A stretch of DNA of 52,649 bases from an uncultured Rhodobiaceae bacterium (GTDB lineage Bacteria > Pseudomonadota > Alphaproteobacteria > MED-G09): the NCBI GenBank assembly GCA_964557485.1, contig CAZLAN010000001.1, positions 1-52,649 of the forward strand, read 5' to 3'. Positions within the stretch are counted from its first letter, which is position 1; every line of letters begins with the position of its first letter. A program made the translations under genes and the position numbers. Below the pieces are notes generated by a model. The model was not told the DNA's origin, ran no database searches, and saw only the letters and a list, made by a program, of their open reading frames with translations. Below are positions 1 through 9,225 of this stretch, piece by piece.

Positions 1-32
1 AACCCGTTGCCTTACCGCTTGGCTACGCCCCA
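1..32 (-). tRNA. tRNA-Gln, 5' portion only (cut by the window edge)
   Basis: The reverse complement of 1-32 reads TGGGGCGTAGCCAAGCGGTAAGGCAACGGGTT. This gives an acceptor arm, a GCC/GGC D-stem with the AAGCGGTAA D-loop typical of bacterial tRNA-Gln, then the 5' half of the anticodon stem and U32-U33. The anticodon lies outside the window, so the isotype is inferred from D-arm resemblance to E. coli tRNA-Gln. Confidence 0.55.
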
Positions 33-184
33 AGAGATATAAAACTTTTAACCCTGTAGTTATATCTTTTGCAAGCTCTTTATATAATTTTATAATTAAA
101 AGATTATATTTGCGCTAATTTTTTTACTTTACATCTCCCATTTAATATGTCGGAATAAAATATCACTTTACGGAGGGTAATATT

Positions 185-622
185 ATGAGTGAATTTGAAA
201 TTAATACATTGTTGAATAATGGTCTAATTCAACAAGCTTTATATGCATTTGCATTTCTTTTTGCAACTTGGTTTGCTGGAAGGTGTGCTGTTGTTACCAA
301 TGAATCTGGAAACGCTAATATATTTTCTAAGATTGTAATAACTGGTTTTGGCTTAAGTTCAATTTATTATGTAAATCTTCAATTTTCTTATGTTGATTTT
401 CATATAAAAAATTATGCGCATTCATTATACAATTTAAAAGAATCAGGTGCGGCAATTTCTTCAAGAGGAGAAAGTGCAATTGAAATATTTGGACGAGGAA
501 ATGCTTCTGAAGTACCTGAAATGAGTTTAATACCATCTGATCCAATAGGAATTGTTTTTGTTGCCTCACTAACATTGATAATTTTATCTGCAATATGGAT
601 GGCTGGATCAAATAACGATTAA
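185..622 (+). CDS. Small hypothetical integral membrane protein (paralog A, 145 aa)
   Basis: The ATG is preceded by GGAGGG at 172-177. There are hydrophobic segments at the N-terminus, middle and C-terminus. It shares the motifs W-x-AGR-x-A-x-VT-x-E and LKESGA-x-x-S-x-RGE with the next ORF. I recognise no known family. Confidence 0.6.
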   Translation: MSEFEINTLLNNGLIQQALYAFAFLFATWFAGRCAVVTNESGNANIFSKIVITGFGLSSIYYVNLQFSYVDFHIKNYAHSLYNLKESGAAISSRGESAIEIFGRGNASEVPEMSLIPSDPIGIVFVASLTLIILSAIWMAGSNND

Positions 623-647
623 TTTATAATTTAAAAGGAGAATATTT

Positions 648-1064
648 ATGAGTGAAGTAGAAATTTATGCACAACTAAGTAATTCAATGATAGCCACAGC
701 ACTTTTTTCTATGGTCTGGGCTTTCTTGCTTTGGGTTGCAGGTCGTTCGGCAACAGTTACACTAGAAAATAATGGTGGAATACTAATGAAATTAGCTGTT
801 ACTGTTTTCGGGTTAGTCGGATTATATCAGTTTAATTTATCAGGAAGTTTTTTTGCTAATAACTTCCAACTTGCAGGTCATTCCCTAGCTGTTCTCAAAG
901 AATCAGGAGCTGACTTATCCGCTAGAGGTGAAGCAATGATAGCAAATACTGGTGCAAGTCTTGATGTTCCAACTTTTTCTTTGATGCCGAATTGGATAGG
1001 TATTTTATTTATTCTTTCTGTTGGTTATCTTATTATTGGTAGGCTTTGGATAGGAAATAAATAA
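648..1064 (+). CDS. Small hypothetical integral membrane protein (paralog B, 138 aa)
   Basis: The ATG is preceded by AAGGAG at 635-640. It has the same architecture and the same conserved motifs as 185-622 (LWVAGRSATVTLE, LKESGADLSARGE). A terminator hairpin follows. Confidence 0.6.
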   Translation: MSEVEIYAQLSNSMIATALFSMVWAFLLWVAGRSATVTLENNGGILMKLAVTVFGLVGLYQFNLSGSFFANNFQLAGHSLAVLKESGADLSARGEAMIANTGASLDVPTFSLMPNWIGILFILSVGYLIIGRLWIGNK

Positions 1065-1090
1065 TTATTATATAACTAATTATATTTAAT

Positions 1091-1118
1091 AAAACGGCTC
1101 TTTTGAGCCGTTTTTTTT
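1091..1118 (+). terminator. Rho-independent terminator (AAAACGGCTC-TTTT-GAGCCGTTTT plus T-run)
   Basis: Perfect 10-bp stem, 4-nt loop and an 8-T tail, directly after the stop of 648-1064. The same 28 nt recur at 3750-3777. Confidence 0.8.
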
Positions 1119-1263
1119 ATCCTTTTATTATTAATGTAAATAATATCAAAATAAATTTGAATTTTTATAAAAAAATGGTCAATATAATGTATAAGTAATT
1201 GAAAATACTTAAAAGTATTTTTAAAAGTTTAAATATATTTAATAATTAAGAAAGAGGTTTATA

Positions 1264-3714
1264 ATGAAATACTTCATGAACTTAAAGTCATTGGCATTTG
1301 TCTTTTGTTTATTTGCGACCCTTAATATTACAGCAAAAGCCCAAGATTCCAATGATTCCGTAGATTTATCTAACATTATCGAAGAAATTATAGTTACTGC
1401 TAGACAAGAATCTGAAAGCTTACAAGATGTTCCTGTAACGATTGCCGCTATGACTGAACAAGATCTTGAACGGTATAATATTACAACTCTTGTAGACGCA
1501 GCAAAAATGGTTCCAAACATGAGGATTAATCATGGTGGATCGGGCAATGGATCTAGCCTTACTCTTCGTGGTATTGGTTCTAGCTCTATTTCCGCTGCTT
1601 TTGATCATTCCGTTGCAATTAACATTGACGGCGTTGTCGTAAACAGAGGACGATTTATCCATAACTCTTATATGGATATGCAACAATTGGAAATTCTTAA
1701 AGGACCTCAAGCACTGTATTTTGGTAAATCTGCTACAGCTGGTGTTGTATCGATTAGAACAAATGATCCAAGTGATGAATTTGAATTTGAAATTAGCGGC
1801 GGTGTAGAAACTGAGCATGAAGGAACCTTTGGCGAAATGGTAATTTCCGGACCGATTTCAGATACATTTGGAGCAAGACTTGCGATAGGTATTACTGAGA
1901 ATGATGAAATGTTTGAAAATTATTCCTATGCAAATGATCCAATGCCATATGGCAACGGAACCCTGCCTTATTTTGGAGATGAATCACTTAATGCTCGTCT
2001 GACTTTAGTTTGGAATCCGACGGATAATTTTGAAGCAAAATTAAAATACACTTATTCTGAATATCAGAACAATGGTGGAGGTACGGCCTGGGGTGAAGAA
2101 TTTTGTCCTGAAGGCGCTCATCAGCCAACAGGGATACCTTCTGGAGGTGCAGCCTTTACAACTCGTCAAGGTTATGATGATTGTACAATTAATGGCAATA
2201 CTTCAAAAATTAATCTAGAACCTGGCTTAAGAGCTGGATTACCATATGGATTTGATGATGGCAAACCTGGTCTTGACCAAGAAACTGATATGATTGGTCT
2301 AACATTAACTTGGGATATTAATGATAATCTCACTCTTACTTCTGTAAGTAGTGTGGTGGAACTTGATCATGTAGAACTTGATGATTATAGTTATGGAGCA
2401 GGTGTCTTTGGTGGGCTTCATAATAATGTTTACGAACATACCTCTCAAGAATTTAGACTTTCTAGTAATTATGACAGCTCAGTGAATTTTCAATTAGGCG
2501 TCTTTTATCAAGATATTGAACAGCAATTCGATGCATATCAATACGCATTTAATCTTGCAGTTATGCCTAATATCTTTGGACCTGCACTAGCTTATTTTGG
2601 TGCATTTGATATTACTAACCCCCTTGTTGGTCCAGACCCAGCAACAGGTAATATGTATGATTATAACAAGGATCACTACCTTGATACTGAAGTAATGTCT
2701 GCATTCTTTGCTCTTTACTGGGATATAAATGATAGAACAGAGCTAACAATCGGAGCTCGTTACACTGAGGAAGAAAAAGATGGTCGAATAGAAATACCTT
2801 ATGTACATGCAGCTGCGGTTGCCTTCGGTTTTGGGGCACCACCTCTAATCGATGGACTTGAATTCTCAGATGACAATCTTTCACCTGAGATAGCGATTAA
2901 TTACTATGTTAATGAAGATATCAGCGTATTTGCCGCTTATAAAGAAGGTTTTAAATCTGGTGGCGTTGATAATAGCGCATTACCGACAGCGGCTCTTAAT
3001 CCAGCTATAAACGGTGGTGACTTTGGATTCTTGATCTATCAATCTGAAGAGGCTGAAGGATTTGAAGTTGGTATGAAAGCTAATCTTTTAGATGGCGCAA
3101 TGCGATTAAATGCTACAGCATTTTCCTACGAATACTCCGATCTTCAAGTTCAATTATTCGACTCAACAATTATCCAATTCAAAACTTTTAATGCCTCAGC
3201 CTTGGAGACACAAGGGTTTGAATTTGATGTGCTTTGGAACACTGATATTGATGGACTTACGCTCCGTTCAGCATGGGCGTGGACAGATACTTCTTATTCT
3301 GAAGACTTCATTACAGCTACTGGTGAAAACTTAAAAGGAGAAGATGGCGTGGGTAGTTCTGATATAGCTGGATTTGTTGGCTTTTCCTATGACCAACCCT
3401 TGGGTAGTCAATGGCGTATAAACTTATCTGCTGATGCACGTTATACAGGTGAATACAGTTGGACGGCATCACTTGATCCTTTCATGCAAGGTGATTTCTG
3501 GGTTAATGATGCATCAATAAGCATATACTCAGATGACGGACATCATGCCTTCAATATAATTGGACGCAATATTGGTGATGAGTATTACATACTTGGTGGC
3601 GGAGCAATTCCTGGAAGAATTCCTGCTAATAACACTCAAGCTAATAGCCTTGACCAAGTCGCAACTACTGCTCTTGGACGGACTCTGGCATTGCAATATG
3701 TTTATAAGATGTAA
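1264..3714 (+). CDS. TonB-dependent outer-membrane receptor (816 aa)
   Basis: Signal peptide ending AKAQD. Plug-domain signature EEIIVTARQESESLQDVPVTIAAM, then LEILKGPQALYFGKSATAGVVSI. The rest is a long Gly/Asp/Tyr-rich beta-barrel. Good SD (AAGAAAGAGG) upstream. Confidence 0.9.
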   Translation: MKYFMNLKSLAFVFCLFATLNITAKAQDSNDSVDLSNIIEEIIVTARQESESLQDVPVTIAAMTEQDLERYNITTLVDAAKMVPNMRINHGGSGNGSSLTLRGIGSSSISAAFDHSVAINIDGVVVNRGRFIHNSYMDMQQLEILKGPQALYFGKSATAGVVSIRTNDPSDEFEFEISGGVETEHEGTFGEMVISGPISDTFGARLAIGITENDEMFENYSYANDPMPYGNGTLPYFGDESLNARLTLVWNPTDNFEAKLKYTYSEYQNNGGGTAWGEEFCPEGAHQPTGIPSGGAAFTTRQGYDDCTINGNTSKINLEPGLRAGLPYGFDDGKPGLDQETDMIGLTLTWDINDNLTLTSVSSVVELDHVELDDYSYGAGVFGGLHNNVYEHTSQEFRLSSNYDSSVNFQLGVFYQDIEQQFDAYQYAFNLAVMPNIFGPALAYFGAFDITNPLVGPDPATGNMYDYNKDHYLDTEVMSAFFALYWDINDRTELTIGARYTEEEKDGRIEIPYVHAAAVAFGFGAPPLIDGLEFSDDNLSPEIAINYYVNEDISVFAAYKEGFKSGGVDNSALPTAALNPAINGGDFGFLIYQSEEAEGFEVGMKANLLDGAMRLNATAFSYEYSDLQVQLFDSTIIQFKTFNASALETQGFEFDVLWNTDIDGLTLRSAWAWTDTSYSEDFITATGENLKGEDGVGSSDIAGFVGFSYDQPLGSQWRINLSADARYTGEYSWTASLDPFMQGDFWVNDASISIYSDDGHHAFNIIGRNIGDEYYILGGGAIPGRIPANNTQANSLDQVATTALGRTLALQYVYKM

Positions 3715-3749
3715 GGAAATCATAACAAAAAATTAAGGAACTATAAATA

Positions 3750-3778
3750 AAAACGGCTCTTTTGAGCCGTTTTTTTTT
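3750..3778 (+). terminator. Rho-independent terminator, exact copy of the 1091-1118 hairpin
   Basis: AAAACGGCTCTTTTGAGCCGTTTT followed by a T-run, 36 nt after the receptor stop. Confidence 0.8.
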
Positions 3779-3956
3779 AAATTAACTTTTTAATAAATTA
3801 GTTAATTAAGACAAGCCTATAGTAAGTATTATTATTTTATTCAATAACAGAATTCATCTAAATTATATTAAGAAAATAAATACATAAAATTAATAGTATA
3901 AATACAAATATTATGTTTAGATTAAACTATCAATACCAATATTGGGGGAATAACTA

Positions 3957-6350
3957 ATGAAACATCTTAAATTCTTACTATTTACATTTGCGACATTTTT
4001 AGTAGCAAATATTTTTACAATACCAACTTTCGCACAGGATTCTGATAATTCTAATATAAGGATTGAAGAAATTATCGTTACTGCACGTAAAGTTGAGGAA
4101 AGCGCCCAAGAAGTGCCTGTAGCAATAACTGCTCTAACTGAGGAACTTAATCGTTCGTCTATTAGAGATCTTTCTGATTTAAATGGATTTGCGCCAAATG
4201 TACTAATTTCTGAAAACGGTTCAAGATCTGGTGGGGCAAGTATTAATATTCGAGGTATCAGCCCGACTCGATCAGATGATAACTCCTTTGATGCGCCAAT
4301 TGCTGTAATGGTGGATGGAATTTATCTAGGATCTTTAGCTGGTCAAATTCTTGAAAACTTCGATATTGAACGAGTTGAGGTTCTTCGAGGACCCCAAGGA
4401 ACTCTATTTGGAAAAAATACTGTCGGTGGTGTTGTAAATGTAATTCGTAGCCGACCAACAGGAGAACTAGGTGCCAGATTTAAGGCAACTATTGGAGATA
4501 ATAATTCGCAAGAATTGAGATTAGTTGTCAACACTCCAATAACTGATAACCTTGCTGCCAAATTTTTTGCCACGAATATGGAGGATGATGGCTTTTTGTA
4601 TAATACAACTACGGGTAATACTATTCCTAGAAAAGATTATACAAACTACGGTATAACATTGTTAGCAAACCCTACTGAAAAATTTGAGGCTTTGTTAACG
4701 GTAGAACAATTCGATGACAAAAGTCAGTTGGATGCATATCACGCTAACTACAATTTAGCGGTTGGTGTAGCACCAGTACCTTCTGATCCTCGTGAGAAAG
4801 ATCTTTCACTCGGTTCATTAAATTGTACTATCTACGGTGCATGTAGAAACAGCTTAGATATTCCGGATACTGCTGAAATGAATACTGAAAATGATGCACG
4901 TCTTGAAACCACTGCTGTAACTCTCAATATGAGTTATAGTTTAGACGAGAACAGTGTTCTGAAAGCTATAATAGGGTATCGAGATATGGATGATTATCGT
5001 ATATATGATTTCGACGCGTCATCTGCTCCTTTTATAACAATTGAACGTGAGAATGTTTACGAACAAACTAGTGCTGAAATTCGTTATGAAGCAACATGGG
5101 AAAAATCATCATTAATTGCAGGGGTTTATCTCTGGGAAAGTGAATTTACTCAAGATTGGACAACTGGTGGGCAATTCTGGGCTACATTATTTGGTGCAGT
5201 AGCACGTAACCCCGCTCTTTGGGCTGCATGCCTAGGAACTAATGGTCTTGATGGTGCATTTGCTCCAATTGCTTGTGATTCAGGCCTTACAAGTGTCCCT
5301 GCTCCAGATGATGTTACTCAGATCCTTTATGAAACTCAAGAAACTACTTCTACAGCTATTTTTGCTCAATATGAATATGATATGACAGACCAGTGGACTT
5401 TAACAGCTGGTATTCGTTGGACTGAAGAAGAAAAGAAGTTCGTTGCCGGTCAATCATATTTGTCTAATAATGCAAGAGATCGTGAAAGAAACTTCCCTGG
5501 TTATGCTAGGTTAGCCCAAACTTGGACAGAAGTTTCTCCTAAAGTTGGCGTCACATATCAGATCGATGATACATCAATGCTTTATGCTTCTTATTCAGAG
5601 GGTTTCCATTCTGGTGGATTTTTTGGAGTGAACCAAAATATCCGTGACTTTGAAAGAGACCAATATGATCCTGAGTTTGCTAATAACTTTGAAATTGGAT
5701 ACAAAAGTATGCATTTTGATAACCGTTTACGGTTAAACTTAACGGCTTTCCATAATGAATTTGAGGATAAACAAGAATCCTTCGTGAAGTTAGATCCAGA
5801 TACTAAAACTGTGGCATCTGTTTTCGATAATGCTGCGGAAGTACTTTATGAAGGTTTTGAAGTTGAGATCTTATACGCTGCCACAGAAGATCTTCGTGTA
5901 TTCCTTAATTATGGCTATCTCGACGCATCATATGAACAATTTGAGACAGATCTTCAACTAGGAGGAGAGGTTCAAATTCAAGATGCAACTTTCTTGAAAC
6001 CAAGAGGTGCTCCAGAATACACAATGGGCGTTGGCTTTGTCTACAATAGACAGATTGGACAAGGTGAGCTTGAAATATATACCAAATACCAAAAGGTAGC
6101 AGATTATGAAACAGATTTGCTCAATTTAAGCTCGGGTCGTGTTGCAGGAGGTACAGCTGATGATTTAAGTGCTACAATTGCATATTATCAAGATAACTGG
6201 TCAATCAGTTTGTTTGGCAGGAATCTTACAGACGAACGATTCGAATTCCCAACTGTTCTTGGTGGTAGCCCTGTTTCCGCACCCTTATTTAGCGCAGGCA
6301 CTGTGAATCGTCCCAAAAGTATGGGAATAGACATTAGCTTTGATTTCTAA
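3957..6350 (+). CDS. TonB-dependent outer-membrane receptor (797 aa)
   Basis: Signal peptide ending TFAQD. Plug motifs EEIIVTARKVEESAQEVPVAITAL and VEVLRGPQGTLFGKNTVGGVVNV. Ends in a terminal aromatic residue (DISFDF), as expected for OM barrels. Confidence 0.9.
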   Translation: MKHLKFLLFTFATFLVANIFTIPTFAQDSDNSNIRIEEIIVTARKVEESAQEVPVAITALTEELNRSSIRDLSDLNGFAPNVLISENGSRSGGASINIRGISPTRSDDNSFDAPIAVMVDGIYLGSLAGQILENFDIERVEVLRGPQGTLFGKNTVGGVVNVIRSRPTGELGARFKATIGDNNSQELRLVVNTPITDNLAAKFFATNMEDDGFLYNTTTGNTIPRKDYTNYGITLLANPTEKFEALLTVEQFDDKSQLDAYHANYNLAVGVAPVPSDPREKDLSLGSLNCTIYGACRNSLDIPDTAEMNTENDARLETTAVTLNMSYSLDENSVLKAIIGYRDMDDYRIYDFDASSAPFITIERENVYEQTSAEIRYEATWEKSSLIAGVYLWESEFTQDWTTGGQFWATLFGAVARNPALWAACLGTNGLDGAFAPIACDSGLTSVPAPDDVTQILYETQETTSTAIFAQYEYDMTDQWTLTAGIRWTEEEKKFVAGQSYLSNNARDRERNFPGYARLAQTWTEVSPKVGVTYQIDDTSMLYASYSEGFHSGGFFGVNQNIRDFERDQYDPEFANNFEIGYKSMHFDNRLRLNLTAFHNEFEDKQESFVKLDPDTKTVASVFDNAAEVLYEGFEVEILYAATEDLRVFLNYGYLDASYEQFETDLQLGGEVQIQDATFLKPRGAPEYTMGVGFVYNRQIGQGELEIYTKYQKVADYETDLLNLSSGRVAGGTADDLSATIAYYQDNWSISLFGRNLTDERFEFPTVLGGSPVSAPLFSAGTVNRPKSMGIDISFDF

Positions 6351-6370
6351 ATTTTAGAAAATTATTAAGA

Positions 6371-6397
6371 AAAACCCGGTTCTTCCGGGTTTTTTTT
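6371..6397 (+). terminator. Rho-independent terminator
   Basis: AAAACCCGG-TTCTT-CCGGGTTTT with an 8-T run, 21 nt after the receptor stop. Confidence 0.75.
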
Positions 6398-6441
6398 GCA
6401 AGAATTAATAATTCTTAAAAAAAGAGATAAAATTATTCAAT

Positions 6442-6472
6442 AAAACGGCTATATTTTATATGGCCCTTTTTT
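6442..6472 (+). terminator. Second, weaker hairpin plus T-run, with the same AAAACGGCT leader as the 1091 and 3750 terminators
   Basis: AAAACGGCTATA-TTT-TATGGCC with one G-U pair, followed by CTTTTTT. It may be a back-up terminator or a degenerate copy of the repeated element. Confidence 0.4.
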
Positions 6473-6525
6473 ATTGCTTTATTATTTTTTTTAGAGTGAA
6501 ATACAAAAATTATATGGAGTAATTT

Positions 6526-7041
6526 ATGGAAGAAATGTCACAAAATCCAGATCAAGAAACTCTTGATTATGTATTCAATCAAACAATGTTAAGAATTAAA
6601 GATCCAAAAAAATCGTTAGATTTTTACACTGAAGTCTTAGGAATGACTATTCTAAAAAAACTGGATTTCCCTGATTTTGACTTTTCGTTATATTTCTTAG
6701 CTTACTTAAGAGAAGACGATGATCCAGTTCCTGAAAATACTCAGGAAAGATTTGCCTACGCTTTAAGTCAAAAAGCTGTATTGGAACTAACGCACAATTG
6801 GGGAACAGAAAATGATGAAGACTTTTCACATCATGATGGGAATTCCGATCCGCGAGGATTTGGTCATATAGGAATAACAGTTCCAGATGTTTATGAAGCC
6901 TGTGATAGATTTGAATCTCTTGGTGTGGAATTTCAAAAAAAACCTGATGATGGAAATATGAAGGGTCTTGCCTTTATTAAAGATCCTGATGGATATTGGA
7001 TAGAAATCTTATCCTCAAAGGGTCTTGCAAGTACAATATAA
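6526..7041 (+). CDS. gloA: Lactoylglutathione lyase (glyoxalase I), long eukaryote-like form
   Basis: [47 protein letters not shown] and [17 protein letters not shown] match the conserved blocks of the GLO1-type enzyme. Confidence 0.85.
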   Translation: MEEMSQNPDQETLDYVFNQTMLRIKDPKKSLDFYTEVLGMTILKKLDFPDFDFSLYFLAYLREDDDPVPENTQERFAYALSQKAVLELTHNWGTENDEDFSHHDGNSDPRGFGHIGITVPDVYEACDRFESLGVEFQKKPDDGNMKGLAFIKDPDGYWIEILSSKGLASTI

Positions 7042-7075
7042 TTGTTAATTTAATTAGTATATGGAGGTATAGATT

Positions 7076-7852
7076 ATGACAATTTTAGATTTATTTCATT
7101 TAGATAATCAGGTTGCAGTAGTAACTGGAGCAGGCAAAGGAATCGGAAAAGGCATTGCTATAGCACTAGCTGAAGCTGGAGCAAATTTAGTTTTAGCATC
7201 AAGAACTGAAAAAGATCTCATTGAAGTTCAAGAAGAAGTAAAAAAGGTAGGAAGAAAGGCTATAATTTTTCCTACAGACGTAACTAATACAGAATCTATA
7301 GATTTATTGTGCGAAGAAGCTATCAAAGAGTTTGGTCAGATTAACATATGGGTGAATAATGCAGGTGGATTACCAGATGGAAAACCAAGATATTTAACCA
7401 AGACATCCAGTGAAGAATTTTCTGCTCAGGTTAATCTTAATTTCAATGCTGTTTGGTATGGCTGTATTGCCGCTGCAAAAAAAATGACAGATGGAGGTTC
7501 TATAATAAATATATCTTCAAGATCTTCAAAAAATATGAGTGGTAATCTAAAAAATGGTCCTTATGCGGCTTCAAAAGCTGCAGTAAATAGTTTGACTGCA
7601 ACTTTAGCACTTGAGTTAGCGCCAAATATTAGAGTAAATGCAGTTGCTCCAGGACCTATTCCTACAGAAAATTTTAAAGATTCGATGAATATGCATACTA
7701 AAGAAAGAGAGGAAGAATTAAAAAAATATATAACTATTCCCCTTAAAAGATGGGGATCTCCTGAAGACATAGGCGCTGCAGTCGTTTATATGGCTTCAAA
7801 AGCATCTAATTGGGTTACAGGACAGTGTTTATTTGTAGATGGAGGAACTTAA
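7076..7852 (+). CDS. SDR-family oxidoreductase
   Basis: TGAGKGIGKGIA Rossmann motif, NNAG, and the YAASKAA catalytic Y-x-x-x-K. Confidence 0.85.
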   Translation: MTILDLFHLDNQVAVVTGAGKGIGKGIAIALAEAGANLVLASRTEKDLIEVQEEVKKVGRKAIIFPTDVTNTESIDLLCEEAIKEFGQINIWVNNAGGLPDGKPRYLTKTSSEEFSAQVNLNFNAVWYGCIAAAKKMTDGGSIINISSRSSKNMSGNLKNGPYAASKAAVNSLTATLALELAPNIRVNAVAPGPIPTENFKDSMNMHTKEREEELKKYITIPLKRWGSPEDIGAAVVYMASKASNWVTGQCLFVDGGT

Positions 7853-9225
7853 GAGACAGGGATTTCAATTAAAACAATTAATCCTGAGGGCTTAGCATCT
7901 AGTAATTTTAAAGAACCGTTATGGAATTTCACTGCTGAATTAACTAAATTAAGACCTAATCCAGAACCTTTTAAACTTCTACTAGAATCTAATCTCACAA
8001 ATCTATTTAATACCTTCTTTTTATCAATCTCTTTAATTCCTTCACCATTATCACTTACCCATAATAAAATACTTTCTTCATTCTTTTTGGCGCCCAATGT
8101 AATAACAGGATTATCAGAGTTTGATCCATAGTTAATGGCGTTTTCAAGAAGATTTGCGATAGCTTGTGATAAAAGGTTCATGTTTCCATCAAAAAAGATT
8201 TCTTTTTCAACTTCTGATTTGAGTTTTATGTCTTTTGACTCTGCAATAGGTTCATACAAATCAATTAAATCTAAAATAAGATTTTCAAGATTTATTGATT
8301 TTCTTTCTAGATCTGATGTTCCTGACTCTACTCGTGAGATAGATAAAATTGAATTAAAGGTCTTTATTAAATTATCAGTTTCAACAATAGCCTCATCAAT
8401 CGATTTTTTATATTGCTCAATATCTGGATTAGACATCAAAGTAACCTCAAGATTGCTTCTTATCCTATTGAGAGGGGTTCTTAAATCATGTGCTACATTA
8501 TCTGTAACTTCTTTCATACTTGTCATTAAAGAATCTAATTTATCTAACATTTCATTTAGATTTGATGATAGTTGATTTAGTTCATCTTTTCCTTTTGTAG
8601 TTGGTAAACGCTCGGAAAGGTTTCCATCCATAATATTTTTACTCGTTTTATTTATATCTGAAATTCTTTTGAGAAAATTTCTACTTAAAATATATCCACC
8701 AAAAATACCAAGAAAAATAATAAGTAATAACGACCATAAAGAGCTATAAAAAAATCGCTCTTTTAGTTTTATTTCATTATTAACTACACGCCCGACAAGA
8801 AGGCGAAGATTCTCAAACGGTGTAATAATATTTCTACCCCGACCATAATAAGTTTCTTCAACACCATTTACATTCATTTGAAATGTATATTCTGCCCAAC
8901 CGTCTTCGTTAATTTTTAAATCTGTTGGTTCAGGTATATTTCCAACAAGAAATTTATTATTGCCATCATATAATCGATAAATATTAAGTGTTGGACGAGA
9001 AATCTGACCTCTTACATAATTAAATAAACCTTTTTCTCTACTTCTTAAATAAACTCTGTTTATTTCTTCAACCTTATTAATTATTTTCTGATCTGCTTCT
9101 ATTTGAATATCTCTAGCAGATGTAAAATATAAGAACATAAGTACAAAACCAAAAGATACACTTAAAAGTAATGTATAAATAAAGATCAACCTAAAACTTG
9201 CTAAATTAAACGGGTTATTCATCAT
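7849..9225 (-). CDS. Sensor histidine kinase (two TM helices, HAMP, HisKA, HATPase_c)
   Basis: H-box NVAHDLRTPLNRI, N-box LLENAINYG, G-boxes DNGEGI and GSGLGL. Two hydrophobic helices flank a periplasmic segment of about 130 aa. Confidence 0.9.
   Translation of the reverse strand: MMNNPFNLASFRLIFIYTLLLSVSFGFVLMFLYFTSARDIQIEADQKIINKVEEINRVYLRSREKGLFNYVRGQISRPTLNIYRLYDGNNKFLVGNIPEPTDLKINEDGWAEYTFQMNVNGVEETYYGRGRNIITPFENLRLLVGRVVNNEIKLKERFFYSSLWSLLLIIFLGIFGGYILSRNFLKRISDINKTSKNIMDGNLSERLPTTKGKDELNQLSSNLNEMLDKLDSLMTSMKEVTDNVAHDLRTPLNRIRSNLEVTLMSNPDIEQYKKSIDEAIVETDNLIKTFNSILSISRVESGTSDLERKSINLENLILDLIDLYEPIAESKDIKLKSEVEKEIFFDGNMNLLSQAIANLLENAINYGSNSDNPVITLGAKKNEESILLWVSDNGEGIKEIDKKKVLNRFVRLDSSRSLKGSGLGLNLVNSAVKFHNGSLKLLDAKPSGLIVLIEIPVS

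Noticed and set aside
327-611. Antisense or alternate-frame ORFs nested inside longer genes: 327-611, 1239-1520, 1420-1818, 2615-2884, 3110-3334, 3529-3723, 4258-4573, 6647-6829, 7561-7770, 8135-8575, 9678-9929, 10831-11076, 11738-12323, 14512-14853, 15160-15357, 15965-16288, 17627-17842, 23280-23893, 24464-24886, 28467-28655, 30282-30521, 31672-31878, 33584-33769, 34032-34262, 34873-35226, 37336-37527, 40091-40273, 41185-41394, 42499-42747, 43508-43835, 45666-45957 and 46923-47132.
   Set aside because: Each lies wholly or mostly within a longer ORF that has strong family motifs. Their translations are low-complexity (Ser/Leu/Phe/Ile-rich) with no recognisable motifs and no convincing SD. They are typical shadow ORFs.
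1065-1263. Fur boxes upstream of the TonB-dependent receptor genes. I also checked 3715-3956.
   Set aside because: I searched by eye for GATAATGATAATCATTATC-like 19-mers and found only generic AT-rich sequence with no convincing match.
1091-3778. The repeated hairpin sequences as a CRISPR-like or tandem repeat array.
   Set aside because: There are only two exact copies, 2.6 kb apart, each positioned as a terminator after a stop codon with a T-run. There is no regular spacing and there are no cas genes.
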